Source of the DNA: Squalus acanthias
Lineage: Eukaryota
Direction: 5' to 3'
Assembly (NCBI GenBank): GCA_030390025.1
Contig: CM059432.1
Coordinates: 82,214,001-82,278,000 of the forward strand
DNA length: 64,000 nucleotides
The notes under the pieces are model-generated. The model worked only from the letters and a program-made list of their open reading frames with translations, was not told the DNA's origin and ran no database searches. Positions within the stretch are counted from its first letter, which is position 1. Every line of letters begins with the position of its first letter. Below, piece by piece: positions 41,328-52,730 of the stretch. The translations under genes and the position numbers were made by a program.

Positions 41328-41381
41328 GCTACAGCAGCATCGAAAGTGGCCAAAGTTGAGGAGGCCCAGCTTCAAGTCCTT
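41328..41381 (+). CDS. SULF1: SULF1 54-nt cassette exon (LQQHRKWPKLRRPSFKSL), homologous to the SULF2 penultimate exon
   Basis: Polypyrimidine tract plus CAG acceptor, GTGAGT donor; symmetric phase 2-2; resembles SULF2 QFQRRKWPEMKRPSSKSL. Confidence 0.85.
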
Positions 41382-43214
41382 GTGAGTGACTAAAAGCTAT
41401 TCATTAGTAACCAATAGGGAAGAGATCACTGTTAAGATGGCGATAGCAACTAACTCTAAGTTTTCAATTCACATGTATCCCTGTTTCTTCAATTTTGTGC
41501 CTGTAACTCTTATTTTCACTTCTTTCCAAAAATGTATCAGCAACAAAATATTTGTTATTTCGGTATTATTGGCAAAGGACTAATTGCATAGAAGTGACAG
41601 AAGCTGTAGTTTGACAGTTGGGATTGCAAGGAATTGATTACTTGTGACATTGTGCTGCATGGACAATGACGTCTTTGTTAAAGCACACAACATGAGCATG
41701 CTTTCAGGTTCCTTTCAAGTATACATTTCTGTGGCAATGAATAAAAGATTCTGTCGTGTCTTGTCTCTTTCAACAGCTTTTTCATCCAGAGAAATAGGGT
41801 CTTCTTTTTGCTTTATGCCAAATTCCATGTTTCTTTAAATTCGATGTACTCAGAAGTCAGGACTGCCTCGTTGTGTTATCAAATCTCTTCATGGTGATTT
41901 ATGCCGTTAGGTTTGTTTTCTGGTGGCGGGCTGGGGACGGAGGGGAACAGTGGGTAGTTTTCTGGAGGAGAAATGGAACAGCTGTAGTGACAGACATGCT
42001 GGTTCAGTCCTGGACTTTCTCACATCTGCCGGCAGTGTGATGCAATAAAAGGAGGCTAGGCCCCGTCTGGGGTACAGTGATGGCTGCATCATCAAAGGCC
42101 ATTCCTCAACATCCCCAGCTGCTGTCTACAGAATAACACTGACAAAGGGTCATCTTTGAGCAGGGAGGTGGTATGTCATACAGAGAGATCCAAAAGATAA
42201 GGAAAAATTAACTGCCCAAGAACAAAATGATTAAATAAATACTGGGGGCCTTTGATCCTGGTGAAAATGGCACCGACCCCACCAAAGTTCGCAGGTTTGC
42301 CCAACTTAAACATCCCAAGCAGGCACCCAAGCTATTAGTAGCACATTCCGTAGGTCTGATGGGGAACTGTTGCCAGGACCACGCCAGTAAGAAAACACAA
42401 GTGCCCCCTTAGCCCTTTTTGTCCCACGAGGTCCCGCCAGACCACAGACATGCAAACTCCTAGCCTGGGAGTCCCTGCCGCCAGCCAGGCTCCTTTCTGT
42501 GCCGATAACCTTGAGCAGGGCCGGTGGAAGCTCTGCCTCTTACAAGGTCCTGTGGGAACTCCTGTACCAGAACGTCACCTGGCGTATCCAGGTCACAAAC
42601 TCTTTTTCAGCCCTTCCACCTCACTCCCACTGGAGATGCGGCAGGAGTGTGGCAGAAGGGCCAAGGGTTTTGAGCCCTCAGTTGTCTTTCTTTCCATGAA
42701 TAAATGAAAAAATGTTGTGACTTGTGTCAATTTGGGGAATAGAACTGCACCAGTGCTGAGCAGGTGACAACTGAAATAAATCTGCAGACAATAAGCAACC
42801 CATTAAATTCAAACCTCCTGCTCTTTCCTGGAACGTCTGCTAATTTCACATCCAATGTTCAGTTATTTGCATGTTATTAATTAAAATATAGCTAATTATA
42901 GTCTAACAGTCATGTACATACATGGCCCTGATATTCCACTATGGGATGCAAGAATATGAACCCTCAACATGTTTATCTGAAGTTACTCTCTCTGCTATTT
43001 TAGCAGAAATATTAACGCATTCATTTTAAACAGGTTGATGCTGGTATCCCACAGAGTAATTTCATTTTTTTTAAATATGCCTTTGTTTGGAATATTGTAT
43101 TTTGTGAACAGACAATTCCCACCTGCCACACACCCCACCCCCTCCGCCCCCTCCCCCAATCACCCATCTCTGAGTTCCCTGACCTCAAATACACCTTTTG
43201 AAAAAGGAAGCTTT

Positions 43215-43670
43215 GTCAGACGAGGCTCAGTTGGTAACACTCTCACCTCTGAGTCAGAAGGTTGTGAGTTCTAAGTCCCACTCCAGAGACTTGAGCACAA
43301 AATCCAGGCTGACACTCCAGTGCTGTGGGAGTGCTGCACTGTTGGAGGTGCTGTTTTTCAGATGAGACGTTAAACTGAGGCCCCATCTGCCCTCTCAGGT
43401 GGATGTACAAAGGATTCCATGACGCTACTTGAAAGAAGAGATGGAGATTTATCCCTGCTGTTCAACCAATATTTATCCCTCAAGCAACATCACTAAAACA
43501 CATGATCTGGTCATTTATTTCTTTGGTGTTTGTGGGAGCTTGCTGTTCGCAGATTGGCTGCCGCATTTCCTACAGTACAATAGTGACTGCACTTCAAAAG
43601 TGCTTCATTGGCTGTAACATGCTCAGGACGTCCTGAGGTTGTGAAAGGCTCTATATGAATGCAAGAACTT
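43215..43670 (+). mobile_element. DeuSINE (SacSINE1-like), near full length
   Basis: ggctcagttggtaacactctcacctctgagtcagaagg head; ggaggtgctgtttttcagatgagacgttaaac core; L2-like tail. Confidence 0.8.
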
Positions 43671-44582
43671 TCAATTTTTTTCTTTATCAGAAAATTCCAG
43701 GTGCACTGCCTACAATTCTCCATCTGTTGATTTCTGTGGATTGAATAATCGCAGGCAGTGCATCCACATTTCCAAATAAGCCACTCGCTGTGAGGCCCCA
43801 CCAGCAACGCAGTCTCAGAAAACCTTGCTCTATTTTAGCAGAGGATCACTAAAAGAAGTCAAAGTAAATAAAACTTGAAAAACCTTTATCATTCGAGGCA
43901 GCTATTGCACTTCTCCAATAATATTAGATATATCTTCAGTTTAGGTTCTTGTTCCTGACAGCAGTCAATAGAAAGGTAATATTGATCCCAGTTTAATGGA
44001 AATTGCACAGTGCACGAACGGTGAGATGAACCATGGTGGTCTTTTCTGGGCTTGTATATTTCTATGGTGTCAATACGAGAGAATAAATCGGTTCATGCTA
44101 GTAAAATACAGCTCATTCCTACCAACAGATTTGCTTCACTTACTCTCATCGTACATTGTCCATTTCACTAATAAACTTTATTTTTTAGTGTGTAGGTTCA
44201 TCGCGTTGCTGCTGCAGTATTGCTTTCTGTTTGCCCTGCATGTCTAACCATTAGTCATCTTTCATTGCTTTATTTTCCGAAGGAGAAACCTATCCAACCA
44301 CCAGGATTGTCCAAACCAAGGCTAAAAGGTCATTTGTCCTGCTTGCTCCTTGTTGATTTTCTTTGGATTTGCTTTTGCTTTATAGCTTTGACCATCTTCC
44401 TAACTCTCACAGGCCATGCCATTCACCTAACAGGACCTCACACACTGCCATTCATTATATGTCTATGTTTTTTTCCCTAATTAACACGGTTTTCTCAGTT
44501 TGCTTTTGTGTCATCTTTTATTTATATCACACTTGGTAAATAGCAAAAAATACAGCTTTAGGAAATTTCATGAGGACTCAAT

Positions 44583-45193
44583 GGGGTTAATTTTGACTTT
44601 TGGGCGACTGGTTGAGTGCGGGCGCTGGCTGGCCACCCATTCCGGGGGTGAAGTGACCTCCATGGGTTTGCGGCCCCGGTCTCAGCTGTGGGGCATCAAA
44701 CAGACATCCCAATGCAGCTCAACGGACTAAGGCCTCAAAATTGAACCAAAGCAGCCTCAGCAAGGTAAGCTACGGGCGGGGTGGGTGGGGTGTTGGCGGT
44801 TCACGATCAGAGGGTGGGGGTCCAAGGGCAGCAGCGTCCCGGTTTATTTTTGTGGACCCTGGAGGAGCAGTGCTGCTCCGGGACCCACAAAAATAATTTG
44901 ACCCTTATCTTTGGTAGGCCTCTTCTGCTCCATGGGCCGTGGAACTGGTCAGAATGTGCACTGCACAGACTCCGACTAGTTGCAACCTAAATTGGCAATC
45001 GGGCTCTATTTACGTCACAGGACTCTGATTTCCATATTAAAATGGGCCTATGGCCTGAAACAGGCAGGCACTTTGGACACCCAGTGGTAGGCCCCTTTCA
45101 AAATATTGTTAATGGGCCGGTAAAGCCACCGACTCCATTATGAGGCCATTACTGCCCTGCTAATGCCAGGCAAAAGCAGTCAAAATCGACCCC
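44583..45193. mobile_element. Harbinger-like non-autonomous element
   Basis: TIR GGGGTTAATTTTGACT / AGTCAAAATCGACCCC; 3-bp TSD AAT. Confidence 0.78.
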
Positions 45194-45379
45194 AATGAGT
45201 TTAAAACAAGAGGGAAAATTTCCACTGTGTGCAATGTGTATCAAAATCATAAACAGGTTTTTTATAAACATAACAGAAGCCATGGGTTATTTCAACTTGG
45301 CACCAGGCTTAAAACTGGCAACCTGGATCGGCCACATGTTGTAGAAACCGCCTGATGTTCATTTCCATTGAAATCAATG

Positions 45380-46021
45380 TGAAGGATTTCTTTCTCACTC
45401 TTTAGGGTATGAGAGGTAAGAATCAAGCGAGGCTGAAAAACTTATCTAAATAAAAACATTAAGACGTGACAGTTTTACAGATAGAGATGCTTACAGCCTT
45501 ATCCAGGAATACAACTCGAAACTCAGAATGATCAATTCTTCAGCTTCCGGGGGCTGAGGGGCTAATTCGTTGACATCTTCTTTGAACAGCTTCTGGTTCT
45601 GTCTCCTGGCAATCACTTTCAAATAGCTGTTTTTATATCTCTCTTTGATGCTGCAAAACAGCTTGCTGATGTTTTTTTCCCCCTTTCTTGCTCTTTCTCA
45701 TGGCTTGAGAAGACAGTTGTCCTGGTTATGGTTTGCTTTATCTCTAACCTTGTCTTTATCTCCCTGAAAGTACAGCTTGTCTCTTGAACACAGCAGTTAG
45801 TCTTCAACAGTCTGAAGCAATATCCATGATACCTTTTGAACTTGGTCAAGCTTCCCAGCATGCCTTCTGATTTCAGTCAAGTTTAACAGTTCTGTGTTCT
45901 TGACTTTGGTGTCAACCAAATTTTGATTTTTTGCGAATAATCTAGGGTGTCCAGCCCATCCTTTTAGTTTTCCTTAAAAACGACTATTAGAAGTCCATAT
46001 TGAAAAGTCCAAAATCCTTCA
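45380..46021. mobile_element. Probable solo LTR (642 bp) inserted in a palindromic MITE
   Basis: TG...CA ends with 10-bp inverted repeat TGAAGGATTT / AAATCCTTCA; 4-bp TSD AATG. Confidence 0.7.
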
Positions 46022-46470
46022 AATGGAAATGAAAATCAAGGGGCAGCTGATTCGCAATGTCAGTTTACACCTGGTGGCAAGTTGAAAATCGACCCCAATC
46101 TTCCCCCATGATGCAGAAGTCGATGATAAAGCTCTTGTGGAGAAAATGTTGACTTTGGGTGCGGGCATAAAGCTGGCAATTACAGATTGGCCACCCTTTA
46201 TACACCCCGTCCATTGGAAAAGAAAGTCGGGCGGGGTGTGTAAGGGGCAGCAGATCCGCAACTGCCGGTTCCCTGCCCATAACATACCCCCATATGTTAC
46301 TGATAGACGAGTACATAATGCAGTAGGCTCAGATCTAGTTCACATAAATCAACAGATTCCTGATTCAACAGACAGATAGATCCTTGGATTGTATTTTTTA
46401 GTGCCAAAGATTTCAGAATGAAGCAAAAACAAAATACTGCGGATGCTGGAAATCTGAAATTAAAACAAAT

Positions 46471-47442
46471 GGCCGGAATTTTCTGGAGGTAGGCGGGTTG
46501 GGGGCGGGGAGCCTCCGAGGTGGGCGGGAAACCCCTGAGGCCGGGTTTCTCGCAGGTCCTGCCGACTTTAACGGCAGGGTCTGATTTGCATGTGAGGCCT
46601 CGGTTTCCCGCCCGCAGCCAGACAGATTGAGAGGTTGGCTGACTGCGGGCAGGTAGGCCTGCCTCTGCAGAGAGGGAAGGAGGGAGGGTTCAGTCTGGGG
46701 GGAGGATGGGGTGGGGAGTCGGTTGGGGATCACGGGGGGCTCGGTCGGGGAGCAGGGGGAGTCGGTCGGGGATTGGGTTCGGCCAGGGATCAGGGATTGG
46801 AGTCGGCCAGGGATCCAGGGGGGCGGCCACGAATCGGCGGGGGGTGTGGGCGGCCGGAGGATCGAGGATCGGCGGGCGGGGGGTTTGGCTGGAGGATCGG
46901 GTATCGGCAGGGAGGTCGGCCAGGGATCAGTAGGGGGAGGGATAGAGGATCGGGGCCGGCCACCATAGGATGGTGGCCAGCCTCAGCATCATTGGTGGGA
47001 TGGTGGGGGAGAAGCCTCATGGTGGGGCTCAGAGGCCTGGGAAGGCGATCGGAGGCCTTGTGAGGGGTTCTCTGATTGCGGGGGGTGGGTTAGGTAGGGA
47101 CCCTGGATCCAGGAGGTAGGTATAAAGCCACTTACCGCCTGGATCCACTAATCCCCGCCTCGGTTTAACTGCCAGGTTTCACGAATTGTGCGAAACCCAT
47201 CCACATGCAGTTAAATTCAAAATGGAGGTTAAAAAAGAGGCTTCCAGCCTCATTATAATATTTAAATTGATGTTCTGCCCCTGGGAGCGGGTTGGTCACC
47301 TGCCCCCATCCTGCCCCTGTCCCGCCTCCGTTAAAACCAGAAGTGGGCAGGTTGGAGGTGGGATCAGGTCAGGAATCCCATTTTTAACAATTTAACTGCC
47401 CCCATGCTCCAAACGCACCCTTTTTTAGTGGAAAATTCCGGT
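46471..47442. mobile_element. GC-rich Harbinger-like non-autonomous element; a second, truncated copy follows at about 47502-48100
   Basis: TIR GGCCGGAATTTTC / GAAAATTCCGG; 47502-48100 is collinear with 46471-47180. Confidence 0.72.
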
Positions 47443-48214
47443 TAAAGTGTTGGAAATACTCAGCAGGTCAGGCAGCATCTACAGAGAGAGAAACAGTTAA
47501 CGGGCTGGGTTTTAAGGAGGAGGGTGGGTAGGGGGCGGGGAGGCTCCGAGGCCTTCGGGAAACCCCCGAGGCGGTCGAGAAACCCAAGAGGCAGGGTTTC
47601 CCGCAGGACCTGCTGACTTTAACGGCAGGGCCCTGATTTGCATGCTAGGCCTCGGTTTCCCGCTCGCAGCCAGTCAGATTGAGAGGCTGGCTGTCTGCGG
47701 GCAGGTAGGCCTACGGTTTTAGGCCACACAGAGGAGGGAGGGAGAGTTCGCCTGGGGGCAGAGCCGAGTGGCTGAGGGGTCGGGCAGATGATCGGGGGTC
47801 GGGCCGGACCGTTAAAAGGATCGGGTGGGGAGGGTCAGGCAGACTATCGGGGGGTGAGGGGGGAGAGACGATCGGGACCGGATGATTGGGGTGGGTGATG
47901 GGAAGATCGTGGCTGGCCACCAGAGAATCGTGGCCGGCCTCAGCATCATCAGCTGGGGGCGGGGTGGCCTGGGGGGGCGATCGGAAGTCTTCCGAGGGGG
48001 TCTCCGATCGCAGGGGGTGGGTTAGATAGGGACGTTGGATCCAGGAGGTAGGTATAAAGGCACTTACCTCCTGGATCCAGCAGTTCCCTGCTGTAACTAA
48101 CAGGTTTAAAAGAAACAGCAACTTTTCGTCACCAGGTTGGTTTTGGGTTCCAGGCTTTTGATGACTAAACAGAAGAGGTTTTGGTGTATCGCTTGTCATC
48201 ATACATTTTGCAGA

Positions 48215-48303
48215 TGGGAGACAGGATCCCAGTGTTGGGAGACAGGATCCCAGTGTTGGGAGACAGGATCCCAGTGTTGGGAGACAGGATCCCAGTGTTG
48301 GGA
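48215..48303. repeat. 21-bp tandem repeat, 4 copies
   Basis: TGGGAGACAGGATCCCAGTGT repeated. Confidence 0.95.
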
Positions 48304-48954
48304 TAGAATATAGGGATGCAAATTACAGAATTCTATAGTTATGTAAAAAGCAGAATCCCTAGTTATGTAGACATGGAGGAAAGGAAGATACTTTCCAGAC
48401 TGTCTAACATAAAGGCACTTGAGACAGTTTATTTACCAGTGAACCAATCAAACCCACCCAGACGTCAGAGATTGTTCAAAGACACCGAGATGAATCAAAA
48501 TGAAATCGCTTAGGCCTGAATTCATGACTGGGCAGTAGTACCAACAATAGAGCTGATGGAAAAATGGCATTTATAATGAAAATTACACACAAGCTATGGT
48601 TGACATTAGATGAGCCTCTTGATGGATGAGATAATGCCCAGCAATATCCAAACCCATGGTCAGGAGGGAGTCCAGACATGAAGCCAAACAGGGGATGCAT
48701 GTAATTACAATGTACAGGTCCACACAAGGCTTAATGATGTGATGAAGATGTCAGCCATGGAGAAGACGGCATTCAACGTCCAAGCCAGGAGAGCAACAAG
48801 GGAGAATTCTGACAGATGAAGGATGTTATTAGTTGACACAGGTCTGTCATTGGCTCCCTGATGAGCCTGCAGTTTCTAACATGCTGCTTCTCTTAAGTTA
48901 AATCTGTACACTAAATCACTGTTTTCAGGTGATTGATTTGAGGTCCATAGATCA

Positions 48955-50465
48955 TTGGAAATAGCAGAGGTCCTGACCATCATTTTCCAATCCTCTCTGG
49001 CTTCAGGTGTGGTGCCGGAGGACTGGAGGACTGCTAATGTGGTACCCTTGTTTAAAAAGGGAGAAAAGGATCGACCGAGTAATTACAGGCCAGTTAGCCT
49101 AACCTCGGTGGTCGGAAAATTATTGGAAAGAATTCTGAAGGACAGGATAAATCTTCATTTAGAAAGACACGGATTAATCAAGGATAGTCAGCACGGATTT
49201 GTTAAGGGAAGGTCGTGTCTGACAAACTTGATTGAATTTTTTGAGGAGGTAACAAGGAGGGTAGATGAGGGTAATGCATTTGATGTAGTGTATATGGACT
49301 TTAGCAAGGCTTTTGATAAGGTTCCACATGGCAGACTTGTCACAAAGTTAAAAGCCCATGGGATCCAGGGCAAAGTGGCAAGTTGGCTTGGAGGCAGGAA
49401 GCAGAGGGTAATGGTTGATGGGTGTTTTTGTGACTGGAAGGCTGTTTCCAGTGCGGTTCCGCAGGGCTCAGTATTAGGTCCCTTGCTTTTTGTGGTATAT
49501 ATCAATGATTTAGACTCGAATATAGGGGGTATGATTAAGAAGTTTGCAGATGATACTAAAATCGGCTGTGTGGTTGATACTGAAGAAGGGAGCTGTAGAC
49601 TGCAGGAAGATATCAATAAATTGGTCAGGTGGGCAGAACAGTGGCAAATCGAATTCAATCCGGAGAAGTGTGAGGTAATGCATTTGGGGAGGGCTAACAA
49701 GGAAAGGGAATACACATTAAATGGTAGGACACTGAGTAGTGTAGAGGAACAAAGGGACCTTGGAGTGCATGTCCACAGATCCCTGAAGGTAGCAAGCCAG
49801 GTAGATAAGGTGGTTAAGAAGGCATACGGAATGCTTGCCTTTACTAGCCGTGGCATAGAATACAAGAGCAAGGGGATTATGCTTCAACTGTATAAAACAC
49901 GAGTTAGGCCTCAGCTAGAGTACTGCGTGCAGTTCTGGTCACCACATTACAGGAAAGATGTGATTGCACTAGAGAGGGTACAGAGGAGATTTACAAGGAT
50001 GTTGCTGGGGGTAAAGAATCTTAGCTATGAGGAAAGACTGGATAGGCTGGGTTTGTTTTCCTTGGAACAGAGGAGGCTGAGGGGAGACCTTATTGAGGTG
50101 TATAAAATTATGAGGGGCCTAGATAAAGTGGATAGAAAGGACCTATTTCCCTTAGCAGAGGGGTCAAAAACCAGGAGGCACAGATTTAAAGTAATTGGTG
50201 GAAGGTTTAGAGGGGATTTGAGGGGAAATTTCTTCACCCAGAGGGTTGTGGGGGTCTGGAACTCACTGCCTGAAAGGGTGGTAGAGGCAGAAACCCTAAC
50301 CACATTTAAAAAGTACTTGGATGTGCACTTGGGATGCTGTAACCTGCAGGGCTACGGACCAAGAGCTGGGAAGTGGGATTAGGCTGGATAGCTCTTTGTT
50401 GGCCGGCATGGACACGATGGGCCGAAATGGCCTCCTTCTGTGCTGTAACTTTCTATGATTCTATG
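48955..50465 (+). mobile_element. 5'-truncated CR1 LINE with an open RT-to-C-terminus frame (475 aa)
   Basis: ORF 48955-50382 has all RT motifs (KFADDTK) and a native stop; ttctatgattctatg tail. Confidence 0.96.
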
Positions 50466-50561
50466 AGATGGTGTGGACAGATTAATGTTATCTTACTCTT
50501 TTGTTGGTGCCTTACCTTTTGCTCAACATCCTCCTCTGACATGTTCATTCCTACAACACAA

Positions 50562-50725
50562 GGTGGGTAATTTGGACTTTGTGTGATAGTGTGAAATGGG
50601 CGATAACGAGTTGGCAGCCCGTTTTATCTCTCCCGATTTTTATTTGCATTGAAGTGAAATGTAAAATGGGCTGCCGATACACTATCACCTGTTTTACACT
50701 ATTACACAAAATCAGAATTACTCCC
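50562..50725. mobile_element. Palindromic Harbinger-like MITE
   Basis: Homologous to 28693-28878. Confidence 0.7.
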
Positions 50726-51305
50726 AAGATGTTTATTATCCCTCTTGTGTGAACCACAGTACTGTTTTCTCCCTTGGCCTTGTTAAACCTTGGTCAGAAT
50801 TTGACCAATTGCACAAGTATTATTAGCCGTGCATAATAACTGGACACATTACTTGATTGGATCAACCCGTAATATTTTAAGTACATTTCCAGAAACTCTG
50901 CAATACTGAATTAAACCTATAGAAAATACAACTTGGCATTAACATATAACCAGCCTTTTACATCAACTATATTTTCAAAATGAGACTGTCAGCATGAAAA
51001 TCATATCATCATTCACAAAATAATTCCCATAGAAACCTTGGTTATGTGGAGACACAAGATCCTTGCTATGTCCTGTGCTTTAGCCAATGGTTCTGGCAAC
51101 CTTGATGTGGTCGCATGGTAATAAGATGTTGCTATCAATCTGTCACTAGGTGGTAAATATCAGTTCTGAGATATTTCTCTACTGTATAAATTAAATAATT
51201 AAATGAATTAGAGCTAGAGATTGGATTTTGGTGGAGGAATCTTTCTACTAAATATAATTTGTGTTAAAACAAGGACTTGCAAATAACTGAAACAGAGTAT
51301 GTATA

Positions 51306-51307
<2 letters not shown>

Positions 51308-51342
<35 letters not shown>
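51308..51342. repeat. (TG)n(AG)n microsatellite
   Basis: Direct inspection. Confidence 0.95.
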
Positions 51343-51343
<1 letters not shown>

Positions 51344-51819
51344 CGATTCCGTATTATCTGAAACTAATAAAAATGTCAACACTTTTGCTTTCCAAATGCT
51401 ATTTGATTGCAATGTAATGAAATATTAAGGGCAGTGCAGCTAGAAATATCAGATAAGGTGAAAATTACCTTTTAATTTATATTGTGTTTACTGTATGCAA
51501 AATCAAAATGGCTACACATTAGTTACTTTCTTTAAGAAATCTCTTTTTGACAGTGAGTTTTGTGCCTGTGGTCTATCATTATTTCTCTTTCTTCCCCTGT
51601 TGCCTACGTTAAAATTCTGATGTGTGTTTTAAATCTGTTCCTGCTGTGCAGCTTTGCTAAAGTCTTTGTGTGGTGGGATGAGCTATCTCTAATTTTGCTT
51701 TAAACAACCAGTTGATATTGGAGCAGGTGCATGTTTGCATGCAAACGCAGTGCTTCAGCAATTATGGGCGGCGTCGTATGTGAAAATAATCTACTTCAAA
51801 TCTTTGCTTCTGCCAGCAG

Positions 51820-51850
51820 AGGACAGCTATGGGATGGATGGGAAGGTTAA
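51820..51850 (+). CDS. SULF1: SULF1 terminal coding exon, canonical frame (GQLWDGWEG*)
   Basis: CAGCAG acceptor at 51814-51819; TAA at 51848-51850; canonical SULF1 C-terminus. Confidence 0.95.
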
Positions 51851-52730
51851 TCCACTCAAACTGCCAAACTTCACAGAAAATATCAACTGGGAAGGACTTG
51901 AAAATTTGTACAGTGTGGATGAAAGCTTGTTTGAACACAGGCATAATTATAGCCTTAGCCTTGGAGACTGGACTAATTACTGGAAGGATGTAGATAGAAT
52001 GTTTGCACTGCTGAAGACTTTTTCTGAACACATTAAAACTTCTGAGCCCATTGCGCTAAATAAGGGCAGGACTCTTGATTTGTTGACCATTGACACCACA
52101 GCACTGGACATGGCATCTACTCCATTGCCTATTTTGGGAAATGTGTTCTCTACTGAGCCAGAGGACGAATCTAGTGGCATGACTGCATGGGAGGCGAAAG
52201 AAGCACAACCTGCTGTACTTATAGACTCCAGGGGTCCAACTGCAAGCGCAGCCATTACAAGTGGTGACAGCCCAAAGGAGGAAGTGATAAATTACAATCA
52301 TATACCTGATAAGCATTTTTCAAATTCTGAATGGTGGAGACATAATCGGACACAAGAGTTGATAAAAGAATGGGTGGAGCTGGAAAATGATCAAGGTTTC
52401 AGTGGAAATGGCCTGATGGAGATTGAGACCAGAAACAACTTCTTCCTGCAGCAAAGTGGCCTGATTCCATCACCCAGCAACCAGAATGAAGTAGAGGAGA
52501 AAGAGGACATATTTGAAGATCAAACATATCTTCCTGCTGGTTCTGTTGGTCAATTTTATAATAAAGCTTTCACAGTTCCTCTAGAAACCGGGGTCAGCAA
52601 CAATGAGAAATCAACAAGTGTTCAGCTTCAGGAAGAGCCCCAGAGCAGTGGAGAGGAAATCCACGAGAACTTCAGTACAGAAGGCAGTGCCTTGCCCCCT
52701 CCTTCCTTTCATCAACTCAAAACCCGCTAA
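51820..52730 (+). CDS. SULF1: SULF1 terminal exon, alternative frame: 303-aa C-terminal extension (EDSYGMDGKV...HQLKTR*)
   Basis: 909-nt stop-free frame starting at the acceptor; in frame with the exon ending at 25972 when 29160-29193 is skipped; non-repetitive, followed by an AT-rich UTR. Confidence 0.7.

Noticed and set aside
48306..48940. Purine-rich stretch with a short ORF, possible retroelement relic or exon
   Set aside because: No recognisable motif, termini or compatible splice phase; cannot be supported
51735..51819. Stand-alone 331-aa gene starting at 51735
   Set aside because: The start codon is TTG within the intron upstream of the acceptor; the plausible coding part begins at the splice site
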